The notes below the pieces were generated by a model. It was not told the origin of the DNA and did no database searches. It saw only the letters and a program-made list of their open reading frames with translations. A program made the translations under genes and the position numbers. 64,000 nucleotides of DNA from positions 2,843,527 to 2,907,526 of the forward strand of contig CAVNZM010000017.1 of the NCBI GenBank assembly GCA_963693365.1, in the 5' to 3' direction. The stretch comes from Amoebidium appalachense. Taxonomy: Eukaryota; Protista; Ichthyosporea. Positions 47,267 to 60,834 of this stretch are shown piece by piece; the stretch's first letter is position 1; each line of letters opens with the position of its first letter.

Positions 47267-49302
47267 CGTACGTACGCGCGCACGCACGCACGCACGCACA
47301 CAGTCGCGTGAAAACTTGGGAACACACCAACCCGTCTACGAGCACACACAAAAAGAGTACAACACGAGCACGCACGTGCACATACACAGCACACATACGG
47401 TACCTGAAGGCAAACTCTGATCAGAAACTACACACCACTTGCACACGCTTTTTGTGAAACCACTTTGTTAGTTCACTTCAAACATGGGCCACATAACTAC
47501 CGGGCAAAGAAAACAAACCGGCACCTGATATCTATCCGAAAGCGTGTACATACAAACACACACACACGTAAGCACGGACGTGCGCACACACACGTGCGCG
47601 CGCACACACACGTGCGCGCGCGCACACACACACACACTAGGAGGGTTAGATAAAGGTGTGTACATAGTTGCGCACAGCTAAACACACCAATAAACTCAGC
47701 AAAGGCACAGCCGACCGAACTGAGCACACGCTCTACACATCCATAGGTAACATGCACTCCCACCCATCCGTAAACGAGCACCACCCGAGAAGAAAAGCAC
47801 CTTGCTACTGTCATGACCTATTCATGGTAGAGCATCTAACGCTACGAAACATAGGAATGAGAAACCGCAACCACTTCCATTAATACATGTTATCCCCTTG
47901 AGCTACACAGGGGTTATATCCGCTCTGTTGGTTTGCCCTTGCTACTAGGTTAAACAGGTACTCAATAAGCTGACCAGGCCACCTACGCAAACGCATGTGC
48001 AAGCAAACACATTTGTCCGTTCAGTTATGAAAATACGCTTCCTCTCACCCACACCCCTCTCCTCCTCCTCCTCTCTCTTTCCCTCTCTCCCTCTCACTCT
48101 CATTGTTCTTTCCTCCTCGCTCTCTGTTCAGAAGGGCTACCCTTCCACCTAATCTTCTGACTCAAGAATCAGTTACTCAGTTCTGTTAAGGCATAAGCAA
48201 TGGCCCGCAAAATAAATAGCACACTTGCGACACGAATATTCGTCGGGCCCTTTTTGCGAACAGTGTTCCTCCTTAAGCGAAGAAACATCAAACGAGCCAC
48301 CCACATCAATACTAGGTCAACGGAGTTATTACCAAGAGAACAACATGACTATCAAATACAGAAAGCCAGAGGAATCATGTGGTATAAAACCCTCCACTCC
48401 GACCGCAATACAATGATACTTAATAGGAACTTACATTCATTAGAGCAGGCTTCAGTCGACCTGTGTCGCGTCGACTGCTCCGGCGGATGTGCCCACGTGA
48501 CTAAGTCCCCCTGGGATCTGTTCCTTTACAAATATACTAAGCCTCCCTAAATAATATTCAAACACATCATTAGGTAGATAAAACAACTAACAAGGTAACC
48601 CAAACTGAATCTTGGGGCAATCTACCTAATATAACTCCATCGCTAGTCTAGGAAGTTTCCTCAGACCTCGAAAAAGTGGGGGAGGGACCATATGATGCAC
48701 GAATCACCCCACCTGTGTTTGGGCCGAATCATAGAAAGCAAGCAAGGATTGTGATTGGCTGGATGTTCGCGCCAACGCGGATTTGAAACCAATAGGAATA
48801 CGTTATTTGTAGTAATTGACCCTATGTTTAGCAGGCCAATTGCAGGCCGCGGCTTATTTTGCAATGTTCGCCTTTTATGGTAAGGAAGAAAAGGTTCTAA
48901 GTGGCTCGGGTAAAGTGGTGCGTGCCCGATGCGCGTCGCGTTCGACGTGTTCTGTCGCATTCTGAAACTCCAACCGTAATGTTTTCGTATTCTGAACAAT
49001 AATCATTCACCGCGATATAACAGCATTTTTCCCCCCAGCTGTTTTATGTCTGCTGTTTTACTACAAAAAGGATTGGTTTTTGCGCCTTATCACGTTATGT
49101 CATGTGGAGAACGTTGTAGATTCCTGGACCGGGATGCCAACCAAATCAGCTGAAAACGTTTTTCTACAGGCTTGAAGGCGTGACGTCACTGACGTGCAGG
49201 TACTGTACTCGTGGCTACTCCTACTCATGAGGCTGGTAGACGGAAAAAATTAAGACAAACGCATACAAGCAACTCTAGATTTTACAGGGCAACGCGGGGG
49301 AT

Positions 49303-49420
<118 letters not shown>

Positions 49421-49428
49421 TGATATGG

Positions 49429-49459
<31 letters not shown>

Positions 49460-50440
49460 CTGGCTTCCACCTGGGCACATGTGAGGGGAAATGAAATACA
49501 CAGAATACAATTTGGAATATTGCCGCGCGCGCCGTGTATCGCCCAAAACAGGGATTCTTGATGTTGAAACGGGGAGGAAGGTAGTGAGCAGTAGTAATTT
49601 AGTAACTTTGTGTGTGTGTGTGTGTGGGGAAGGGGGGGGGGGGGGGGGGGGGAGGGGGAGGAGGGGGGAGGGGGAGGGGGGGGAGGCCAGACACCCATCC
49701 CCTTGGACAGGGTGATTTCCCTCCCCTCCCCCCCTCCTCCCCTTCGCCGGCTAGCAGGGGGGGGGGGGGGGGGGGGGGGTACCACCCACCTGCTAATATG
49801 TGGGGGGGGGGGGGGGGGGAGGGGGACCACCCACCCCATACAGTACTGTAGGCTGCCATCATGACTAGCCATCAGATAACCTGATCATGTAATAGTACTA
49901 TCTATATATTATTTAGCAGCGGTTGTATATACATTCCCACAGGATCATCTTCTAAATGTCATGTGAAGGTCATACTCCCCCCCTGCCGCCCCCTCCCCCT
50001 CCCCTCCCCCCCCCCCCCCTCAAACCCCCCTCCCCCCGGCTCCAACCCCCCCCCCCCCCCCCGCGCCCCCTGTCCCCCCCCCCCCCCCCCCCCCCGGAGC
50101 CCCCCCGCATTCGTCTCTACTGTAATATGTAGTCGCCCCACCTCGCGCACACACATACGCACACACTTTTACACCGTATTTAATTCACACGTACCTGCAC
50201 ATGCATGATGTGCCACACACGTGGGCACGAGGTGCACGAACTTTGCCCAGCCATGAGCACCCGACATGAACATGCAAATACCGTAACCCACACCACACAC
50301 ACACAAATCTCCCGCCACACAGATTCGCACATGAACACTGCATAGTGAGCACGATTGCCCGGCGCCAAATATTCATAATCTAAAAATTACTGTGAATAGT
50401 TGACCGTGGCATGTGTGTGTGTGTGTGTGTGTGTGTCACG

Positions 50441-50476
<36 letters not shown>

Positions 50477-50589
50477 AGGTGCACGTCCACTTACTTGTGT
50501 AAATGAGCAGGGTGGGCCCGGGTGGAGAAGGTGAGTAAGGCCACCTCTTTTCAAACTACGGAGGGAGATGGGGTAGTTGTTACCAAAAC

Positions 50590-51112
50590 AAAAGGCGAAG
50601 AGGCACCGAAAGTGTAAGCAAAAGAGAGAGAAAGAAGTTACCACAGGGGCATTTGGACAGTCTGTGTGTCTTGCTGCAAAATCGTCACCAACTGAGCAGC
50701 CCCCCGGAATAGGTATAGCATCGAGTGTGATAGATTTTCCGGGGAGAAATCTAGAACCGTTTCTGAGGGTGGCAAGCACACAGCTGGTTGTAGGGTGATG
50801 CACGAGGGGGTGGATTGCGGTAGTAAAGGTACTAGCAGCTCGGAGCCGCTGAGACCCCATGCGCATGCAGATGTACAGAATTTGGGTGCATCTTCTAGCC
50901 TTAGGGGCACGAAGACAGAGTTAGAGTGTGAGAAAGGGCCTGCCTTGACGGATACGGATGGAGAAAACTTTGGTAGATTAGCAAGGGAAAAGAATAGTAT
51001 GGGGGATGTTAGTGTAAGCAAGGTTTCCCCCTACTTCGGTAGTACCCGGGGGAAACGTAGCAAAGCCAGCTTTCCACAATGCCACCCTAGCACTTCAAAA
51101 GCAGGCAAGTGA
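50590..51112 (+). pseudogene. Inverted, degenerate copy of the Vsr gene's 3' tail (no nuclease domain)
   Basis: EVTTGAFGQSVCLAAKSSPTEQPPG...HADVQNLGASS...KTELECEKGPALTDTDGENFGR...SKVSPYFGSTRGKR matches 61010-60516 on minus; internal stop/frameshift. Confidence 0.85.
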
Positions 51113-51199
51113 ACTTAAGCATTAGTTTTTTTTGTGGTGTTGGGGTTGCTGATGGAGATAGTGGGGGTGAGGTGGGAGTATCCCCGGTTTTTTTTTTTT

Positions 51200-51278
<79 letters not shown>

Positions 51279-51654
51279 ACCCCTACGTATGTTATACGCC
51301 ACGTTTGTCTACGGAACACACTTTATTTATCTGGACCTGCCGTATGTAGACCCGTTGCGGAATATTAGCCGTACCCCACTGGTTGTTGTGTTTGGTCAGA
51401 GAAGAGTCCAGAAAAGGATGCTACTTATGTCACGTACTAATATACACAACTTATGTACTCTAACTCCGCAACCCTTAACACTACGTATACTTTGGTCAAG
51501 AGGAAGACATAAACACTACTTTCTCTACAAGGAAGCCCACTGGCAGATAAAACCATGTTTAAGCTTGCGTGCAATGCCTTCGAGAGTCATTTGCATAGTT
51601 TCCTGTCTTCAAGTGGTTTCTCTCGGGCTCCCAATCAGCCCCCCCCCCCCCCCC

Positions 51655-51687
<33 letters not shown>

Positions 51688-51777
51688 AGCCTTCGGACGC
51701 GTGCACTAGGCTGCCATTATATCATTACATTGTGAATGACTCGCACACCTTTCCCCATGACCGGAATTTCCTTGGAG

Positions 51778-52367
51778 CTAATTATGTCCGGCCGTCACGT
51801 GGACTTTGTGCCCGCCCTCGACTCCGGATTCCGGACGCCATGGGCGCGGCGGATCGATGCACCTCCAGCTTTCCCCCTCGTTACACACCAAACCCCAGTC
51901 ACAATCATCCTCGTCCACACACCGACTCCCGATTGGCTGATGGCTCGGATAGCCACAATGCTGTTCCCTGGGAGGCTTTGTCCTACAGGCCAAGCCCTCT
52001 ACGCAGTCACTGTTAAATCTACACTTGTCCCCATAACCGCCGCCTCCCCGTATAACACTGGCATGCCCTGGGAGGTTGGCCTTCGCTTTATAATTATTGA
52101 TCAATATGTCCGCCCTTTCCCGATTCCGGACGCCATGGAAACGGTGAAACGATGCACTTGTGTGTGCCCAGGTCACACTCCAGACCCCAGTCACAATCAC
52201 GGTCGTCCCTGCACGGCCGCGGTGCCCCGACGTTCTGGCCGTTGCTATGGTGGCGGGCCTCTGCGTCCACGTCACCATTAATTGTAGGGGTCCACCGAGC
52301 GGGGCACAATCGTCATGGCCATGCTGCTAGCGCATAGCAGCGCGCAGAGACAGTTTAGGCGCAGAAT
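51778..52367 (-). pseudogene. Secreted Cys-repeat peptide gene, disrupted copy 1 (three 4-Cys modules)
   Basis: Start codon ATG->ATT relative to copy 2; a 4-nt taat insertion creates a stop after DPYN; modules CRDDRDCDWGLECDLGTHKC, CRFNSDCVEGLACRTKPPREQHC, CVDEDDCDWGLVCNEGESWRC. Confidence 0.75.
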
Positions 52368-53181
52368 GGTGTGTATAGTGTGTATAGTCTATATATCTGT
52401 GTGTGTAGATAAACGCGCTCGAACTTGTGTGTGTTGTACTAAACGTGTCTGCCAGTGGCCGAGGTATTATAGACATGACCGCATTCCAATGGATAATTTT
52501 TTTCCCCGCGCCCCATTATGATTGGTCTGTGCGGCTGAGATGACGGTTTGTGGTTGTGATCGTTCACGGTGGTGAGTGCGGTGCCTACTGTACTGTATAG
52601 TTACCCCTCAGGAGAACACAAGCCCTCTCTCTATATGTCATTTCCGCAAACTGGCCCTGCCATATACATAGGCAGCCTGAGCAGCCGGCCCAACCCAACC
52701 CATTTCCAGCCCGAATGTGGGCATACTATCAAGCATACCTATCATAGAGGCAGCTGATTGGCTAATGTGCATTCCAGGGATTGCTTGGGAATCTAGGCTA
52801 CTCTAGTAGGCTGCAGCTGGACAACGGTCATCGGATGCGGCAGGCCCGTTCTTCACAACTTGGCGTCACAGTGATGCATCATTCACGGGCGCGGAATGTG
52901 ATCCCCCCCCCCCCCCCCCCCCCTCCGCCCTCCCTCCCCCTCCGCCGGCCGTCCCTCCCGCCCCATGGCCACTCACGATCCCCCCCCCCCCCCCCCCCCC
53001 CCCCGCGCCCCCTTTACACGAGTACCGTAAATGCACGTGCACGCACGCACGCACGCACGCCGGCCCGCACGCACACACGCACACACACACACAAACAAAC
53101 AAACACACACACACACACACACACACGTAGACGCACACGCACACGCACACGCACACACACACACACACATACACACACACA

Positions 53182-53352
<171 letters not shown>

Positions 53353-53769
53353 ACGGCCAACTAACTGTTTCGAAATTATGAAAAATTGGGGGCAATTTGA
53401 TTATTGTGATCATCATGCCGATGATGATCACGGTTCAGGTGTTCCTGTGCATATCCATTATCTGTGTGGCGAGGAATGCAACGGTATGTGTGTGTGGTGT
53501 GGGTGAGACGTGTATCTGCATGGGGGGGCATGGGGGGGAGGGGGGGAGGGAGGGAGGGGGGGGGGGGGGGAGATCCGGATCCGGACGCTGGGTGAATGTC
53601 GGATGTGGCTTCGATTTCCCTACACAGCCGGTGTACGATCAGAAACAGTGGTCCATATTGTAGTGCAGCAGAGCACGTTTTTTTCCTGATTAGCTTGAAG
53701 TCCTTCGGAGGCCTTTCCTTCATTACCAATTAATAGACCGAAAAAAGTCAATGCGTGTGTGCGTGTGTG

Positions 53770-53823
<54 letters not shown>

Positions 53824-53987
53824 TGTGTGTGCACGTGTGTGTGTATGTGCGTGTGTGTGTGTGTGTGTGTGTGTGCGTGCGTGTGCACGGTTTGTGTGTG
53901 TGTGTGTTTGTATGTATGTCTGTGTGCGTGTGTGTGTGTGTGTGTGTGAGCGTGTGTGTATGTGAGCGTGCGTGTGTGTGTCGTGGC

Positions 53988-54152
<165 letters not shown>

Positions 54153-54179
54153 CGCTCACCAGCAAAGAAAGAGTGTAAC

Positions 54180-54214
<35 letters not shown>

Positions 54215-54829
54215 AAAAAAGAAAAAAACGTGCACCTCCCACAGGCCAGAAAAAGGACCCACAGAAAGGGGGAGGGGCGGGGTGGGGGGGGGGGGGGGGG
54301 TGGGGGGGAGAGGATATAATGAAACCGAAGGCCGAGAAACTCACGATTTGACACCCTAAACCGAGTTTACCTGTTAAAAAGTGGGTGGTACCCCTTTATG
54401 TCGAGTGCGCATCGCTGGCAAATTCGTGCACGCCTGTGCATGTGTAGTACATGTGGTGTCTGGTGTGTGCATCAGGTACGCGTGAATTAGATACGTGTGG
54501 AAGTGTGTGCGTGTGTGTGTGCACGCGGTGAGGCGCCAGTGGAGATTAGTGTGTGTGTGGGGGGGGGGAAGGGGGGGGGGGGGGGAGGGGGGGGGGGGGA
54601 AGCGGCACGGGGAACACGGGCGCCGCGGGGGGGGGGGGGGGGGGGGAGGGGGGGGGGGGAGGGGAGGGAGGGGAGGGGGGGGAGCATGGCCGTACGGCAT
54701 ATCCTGAGCTTCACCTCTAGCGGGCGGGTGGGTCCCCCCCCCCCCCCCCCCCCCCCACCCCCCCTCCATCCTCCAAAGGTAGCCTCAGGGGTGGGTGGGT
54801 CCCCTCTTCCTCCGGATCCGGAGTGGGGG

Positions 54830-54873
<44 letters not shown>

Positions 54874-55156
54874 GCCCACCCACCCCTGCGGCTGACTAGT
54901 AAATTCGGATGGGAAGTAGTAAATATAGACGTCCGCCCTGGTGGTACGTCCCCCTCCACCCCCCGGGAGGGGGGAGGGGGGCACCCACCCACCCTTTCGG
55001 CCGAGAAACGTGGGTCCCCCACCCCTCTCCCCCCTCCCCCACCCTGCCCCGCCCCTTCCGCCCCACTCAAAATCCCTCCTCCCCCCCCCCCCCCCCCCCC
55101 CCCGCCTCCCCCCATCCGGCCTACTCATTTATACGGATACCGCACTGAATGCACGT

Positions 55157-55244
<88 letters not shown>

Positions 55245-55736
55245 ACTTTTTTTGGTCTATTAATTGGTATTAAAATGAAGGAAATGCTTCCGAAGGACTT
55301 CAAGCTAGTTATAAGAAAAGCGTGCCCTGCTGCACTAACATATGGACTTTTTTTTTTGATTGTGCACTGGCTGTTTATAGGGAATCTTCGGAAGCCACAT
55401 CCGACATTCACCCAGCTTCCGGATCCGGATCCACCCCCCCCCCTCCCCCCCCTCCCCCCCCCCCCCCCCCCCCCCTTTTAGTCATGCCCCCCCATGCAGA
55501 TACACGTCTCACCCATACAACACACACACACATTCCCTGCCACACAGATAATGGATATGCACAGGAACACCTGCACGGTGATTATGAGCACGATAATTAT
55601 AACCAATTGCAAGTTGCCCCCAATAATAACTCATAAATAAGAAACAGTTGACCGTTGCCATGGCATCATGTGTGTGTGTGTGCGTGTGCGTGTGCGTGTG
55701 CGTGTGCGTGTGCGTGTGTGCGCGCGTGTGTGTGTT

Positions 55737-55839
<103 letters not shown>

Positions 55840-56567
55840 ATTTCATATGGCGTGTGTTCGTGCGTGCCGGGTGCGTACGTACGTGCGTGCGTGCGTGCGC
55901 GTGTGCACGTGCATTCAGTACGGTACTCGTGTAAATGAGTAGGCGGGACGGGGGGGGGGGGGGGGGGGGGATTTGAGTGGGGCCCGGGCGCGGGAGGGGG
56001 CGCCGGGGCGGGGTGCACGTGGTGGTGGTGGTGGTGGTGGTGGTGGTGGTGGGGGGGGGGGGGGGGGGAGGGGGGGGGAGGGAAGGGGAGGGGGGGGGGG
56101 GTTTCGGTAGGATATGTTATTATGGAGCAATTACTAATATTCAACGGACGTGACACAATGCACTGTGAGGTTGTGAAGAACAGGCCTGCATCAACGTGCC
56201 CGCTGTAACAATAGATTCGCAAGCAATGCCTGGAATGCACATTAGCCACTCCGAGCTGCCGCTCTGTATATTATAAAGTGTATTAGTCCATCTACGGTCA
56301 TGAGTCATGACTCCACCAATTTCGGGCTGAAAATCGGTTGGGTTGGGCCGGATGACAGGGTCTGTTTGCAGAAAAGGCATATAAGGAGAGGGTTTGTGGT
56401 CTCCTGAGGGGTAACTATACAGTACAGTAGGCCGCTCCATCTCTGCCACCTGCACCGCACTCACCACCGCGTACCTTGAACGATCCAAACCGTCATCTCG
56501 GCCGCACAGACCAATCATAATGGGCCGTGGAACAAATTTATCCATTGGAATGCGGTCCTGTCCATAC

Positions 56568-57632
56568 CACTTTGGATCTACTATTCAAAAATCGATCAAT
56601 TTTTTGCTTCGCTCCAACACCCGAGGTTGGCCGCCATAGGGCCGTCGTTTGTCGGGCTGCCTGGCAGCGGCTCCAGCTGCCCGACGTAGAAGCTACTTCT
56701 GGCAAAGACAAACCCCTTTACGTAACAATATTTGCTTTTTCCTCAAAATGCTACACAGATGCTTTTTATTATAGATGATAATTTCTATCGTCTTAGTTAT
56801 TTTGGGGTTTGCAGGCTTGTTGCGTTGGGCGTTTTTCTTAGCCATTCGTGATCATGACATGCACCGTAGTTAACATATGCACAAGTACTACGGGTGTTGA
56901 ACATTTACTGCCTGCATGGTGCGTTTCTGCCAAATGCACTCTCTGGGGGTAGAGTAGGCATGGCGTGTGAACATTATACACACGTACAGCGTGATCATTC
57001 AGTCCACCTTTTTGTGGAATGCCCTGTCAACCATACACATACAGACAACGGGAAGGCGTTTCGGTCGAAAACACATCATGACTGTTTTCCACACCGTCCA
57101 ACGCAACCAGCAGACTCTGACAGACACCCTGTTGTTCTTTTTGTAATAAATTACTTGTTGCATATATCGTCTCGTCAAGTATCCCTTGCATCCAAAGGTC
57201 ACTTGAGTGCAACGTGTTTTGTTGCACAGTGCAGTGTGCAGAGGTAGCACTAGTATCGGTACGAGCCCACTATGTACTGCCACTAACATGAAACAAGTCG
57301 AATTAGATGCTTGCTACTTAACTGTATTGTTTTTCTTTCTCTTGCTCACGGATAAAAGAAATGCAAACCCGGCAGCTCTCTTTCTATTCTAAGTCTTTGT
57401 ACATCTACCCGTCTGTTCTCTCCCTACACAAGATCTGCGCAGAAGCTGCTAATTATATCTAACGTTACGTTGTCTTGGGCTAGCACTAACCCGGACCGTG
57501 CGTGTTTGCAAGCCGCCACTGCACCAAAAGAGGCCGGTTAATATACTGTGCCAGTGTGTCGTTTGTTACACAGGGTAAGTGTGTGTGTGTATTGCGCATG
57601 TGTGTGTACTGTGTGTGACATTAAGATGAGAC

Positions 57633-57730
<98 letters not shown>

Positions 57731-57932
57731 GTGTGTGTGTGTGTGTTTGTGTGTGTGTGAGTGATTGTGTCACGTTTGCGTGTGTATTTGTGCACGCGTA
57801 CACTTAGGCGTCTGTATATGCTTGTGTGTGTGTGTGTGTGTGCCCTTGCGTGCACGTGTGTGTATGCACACGTCTGTGTGTGTATTCTTTGTGTGTGCGT
57901 ATATGTGTGTCAAGTGTGTGTGTGTGTGTGTT

Positions 57933-58007
<75 letters not shown>

Positions 58008-58076
58008 TTTGTGTGTGTTGCAATCCGGTGGGTGGGTGTTTGTTAGAGTATGTGTCGTGTGTTTGTCTGTGTGTGT

Positions 58077-58129
<53 letters not shown>

Positions 58130-58192
58130 TGTGTGTTTCAATCCCGTGGGTGGGTGTTTGTTAGAGTATGTGTCACGTGTTTGTCTGTATGT

Positions 58193-58237
<45 letters not shown>

Positions 58238-58688
58238 CGCGCGCACGCGCACGCACACGCGTTCAGGTGTGAGTGTATGTCGACGTCAGTGAAGGTGTAC
58301 GTTGTTATGCTCTCACGGTCCTCTTCCTAGCCTTCCCTCCCGGGACCCTCCTCCCCCCCCCCCCCCCCCCCCCCCCCCCTCCTCTTTCCCCCTCCCCTCG
58401 CCAGGGGCACCTTGTTGCCCCGCCTCTCTTGTAGGTGCCTAGGGAGGGAGGTGGTGGTGGGGGAGGGAGGAAGGGGGAGGAAGGAAGGCATAAGGAACTT
58501 CGGAAAGGGGGGGGGGGGGGGGGGGGGGGCTGGCGGGCAAAAGTGGGGTTTGGGTGGGGCGGCTGGGGAAGGTGGGGTCGATATGGAGAAGGTAACAGAT
58601 CTGTGTAAGAAGTGTTGAAGTGAGCGAGGTCAAGCTGCCTTGTTTACATGTAGTTATTTGTGTGTTTATGTGTGTGTGTGTGTCACGG

Positions 58689-58753
<65 letters not shown>

Positions 58754-58762
58754 CTCTCTCGT

Positions 58763-58804
<42 letters not shown>

Positions 58805-59662
58805 ACTCTGGTGTGTGTGTGTGTGTCTGTGTGTGTGTGTGTGTGTACGACATGTGTGTGTGCGTGTGTGCGTGTGTGCGTGTGTGCGTGTGTGTTTGTG
58901 TGTATTTTTGTTTGTATGTGTGTGTGTGTTTCTTACGGCCCGGTGTTCTTGCCTAAGTTAGTTGTGTAGAGGGGGGACTAGTACGGGCGGGCCTTCCCAT
59001 GCAGTCAGGGGCGGGCAGGTGGGTGGTTATGGGCAGTGTATAAGTTGAGCATGATGGGGGTGGGACAAACTTGAGCCTATGCCTGAACAACCAAGTCATG
59101 TTTATTTGGCTTCTTCTGAGTGGTAGCACCAAAACCCCACTGTTTGCACCTTCTAGAACGGGCGTACAGTGGGACAAGCTCCGGTTACCGTAACAGGTTT
59201 GAGGTGTAGTGGCTTGTTGTCGATGACACAAAAAAAGTTGCAGTGACCGGGTTAAAGTGGTCTCTGCATAACCTTTGGCTCTTATAGGTTCTTTTTTCAC
59301 TCTACTGGGCCACGTCACGGCGTCTTCTAACCATAGTTCCGTGAACCACACACCATACCACCACGTCCACAGATCTAGACTCCGGAGGTAGACTGCAGCT
59401 CTACTGATGAGCGGGCATGTGCGTGCGGGGCTTTTGATTGTTTAACCAATATTTTAAACTGTTGTTATTTGTGTCATATACAATTACTCACTACTCTAAA
59501 AGTGCGCTTATACTAGCTTAAAGTAGGTTAGATAGAGTCGCTTCAGTTCTTGTAGGTGTTGTAAGTTTCGCACGGAAAACGCGGCTGCGCAGTCTGCACA
59601 CGGGAAGGCCCTATGGCTCCAGAGCCGCATTCCACAGATCGGCCTATTATAGATCCAAAGTG
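56568..59662. mobile_element. 3.1-kb TIR DNA transposon derivative with an 8-bp TSD; possible Merlin/IS1595 transposase remnant
   Basis: TIR cactttggatcta (56568-56580) / tagatccaaagtg (59650-59662); TSD gtccatac at 56560-56567 and 59663-59670; the empty site is visible in the other arm (~52465-52480). The peptide YTHVQRDHSVHLFVECPVNHTHTDNGKAFRSK (~56975-57070, +) resembles the ISXO2-like Y.H..V.HS..FV.P....HT..IE..W motif. Confidence 0.85.
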
Positions 59663-59753
59663 GTCCATACCTCGGTCACTGGCAGACGATTCGGTCCAGT
59701 TCGAGTTCGAGCGCTTTTACGTACACACTCACATATATACACTATAACACACC

Positions 59754-60050
59754 ATGCTGCGCCTAACCTGTCTCTGCGCGCTGCTATGCGCTAGCAGCAT
59801 GGCCATGACGATTGTGCCCCGCTCGGTGGACCCCTACAATGGTGACGTGGACGCAAAGGCCCACCATAGCAACGGCCAGAACGTCGGGGCACCGCGGCCG
59901 TGCAGGGACGACCGTGATTGTGATCACCAGGAATCTGGCGTGTGACCTGGACACACACAAGTGCATCATTTCACCGTTTCCATGGCGTCCGGAATCGGGA
60001 GAGGGCGGACATATGGGGAAAGGTGTGCTTGTCATTAAAAATGTAATATT
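59754..60050 (+). pseudogene. Secreted Cys-repeat peptide gene, copy 2 (signal peptide intact, frameshift in module 1, modules 2-3 deleted)
   Basis: MLRLTCLCALLCASSMAMTIVPRSVDPYNGDVDAKAHHSNGQNVGAPRPCRDDRDCD, then a frameshift; continues NLACDLDTHKCIISPFPWRPESGEGGH in another frame. Confidence 0.75.
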
Positions 60051-60083
60051 ATATTGGAAGCCTAGTCTACGTCCGGGGGGAAA

Positions 60084-60115
<32 letters not shown>

Positions 60116-60359
60116 GGGCCTGATTGAGAGAGAGAGAGAGAGAGAGACCACAAGACAGGAAACTATGCAAAATGACTAGGCGCAAGTAAATGCATGATTT
60201 ATCTGCCAGCGGGCTTCCTTGTAGAGAGATGGTGTGTATGTCTTCTATTCTAATAGAATGGTGTGTATGTCTAATATTCCGGAACGGGTCTAGATACGGC
60301 GGGTCCAGATAAATAAAGGTGTTTCGTGGACAAACTTGGAGTAAAATATACGTAGGGGT

Positions 60360-60407
<48 letters not shown>

Positions 60408-60834
60408 ACCCAACAACAACAACAAAAAAAAAACCAAAAAAAAGCGGGGGTACTCCCACCTCAGCCCAACTACCTCCATCATCAACCCCAACACCACAAA
60501 AACTTTGAACAGTTTTCAAGTGCCTGCTTTGGAAGTGCTAGGGCGGCGAGATGGAAAGCTGGCTTTGATACGTTTCCCCCGGGTACTACCGAAGTAGGGG
60601 GAAACCTTGCTTACACTAACATCCTCCATACCATCCTTTTCCCTTGCAAACCTACCAAAGTTTTCTCCATCCGTATCCGTCAAGGCAGGCCCCTTCTCAC
60701 ACTCTAGCTCTGTCTTTACGCCCCTAGAAGATGCACCCAAATTCTGTACATCTGCATGCGTATGGGGTCTCTGCTCTGAGCTGCTACCTTGAACTTCACT
60801 ACCGCAATCAACCCCATCGTGCATAATTCCACAA

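Noticed and set aside
58953-59351. 132-aa ORF inside the TIR element
   Set aside because: No recognisable motif and a non-ATG start; cannot be supported as a gene.
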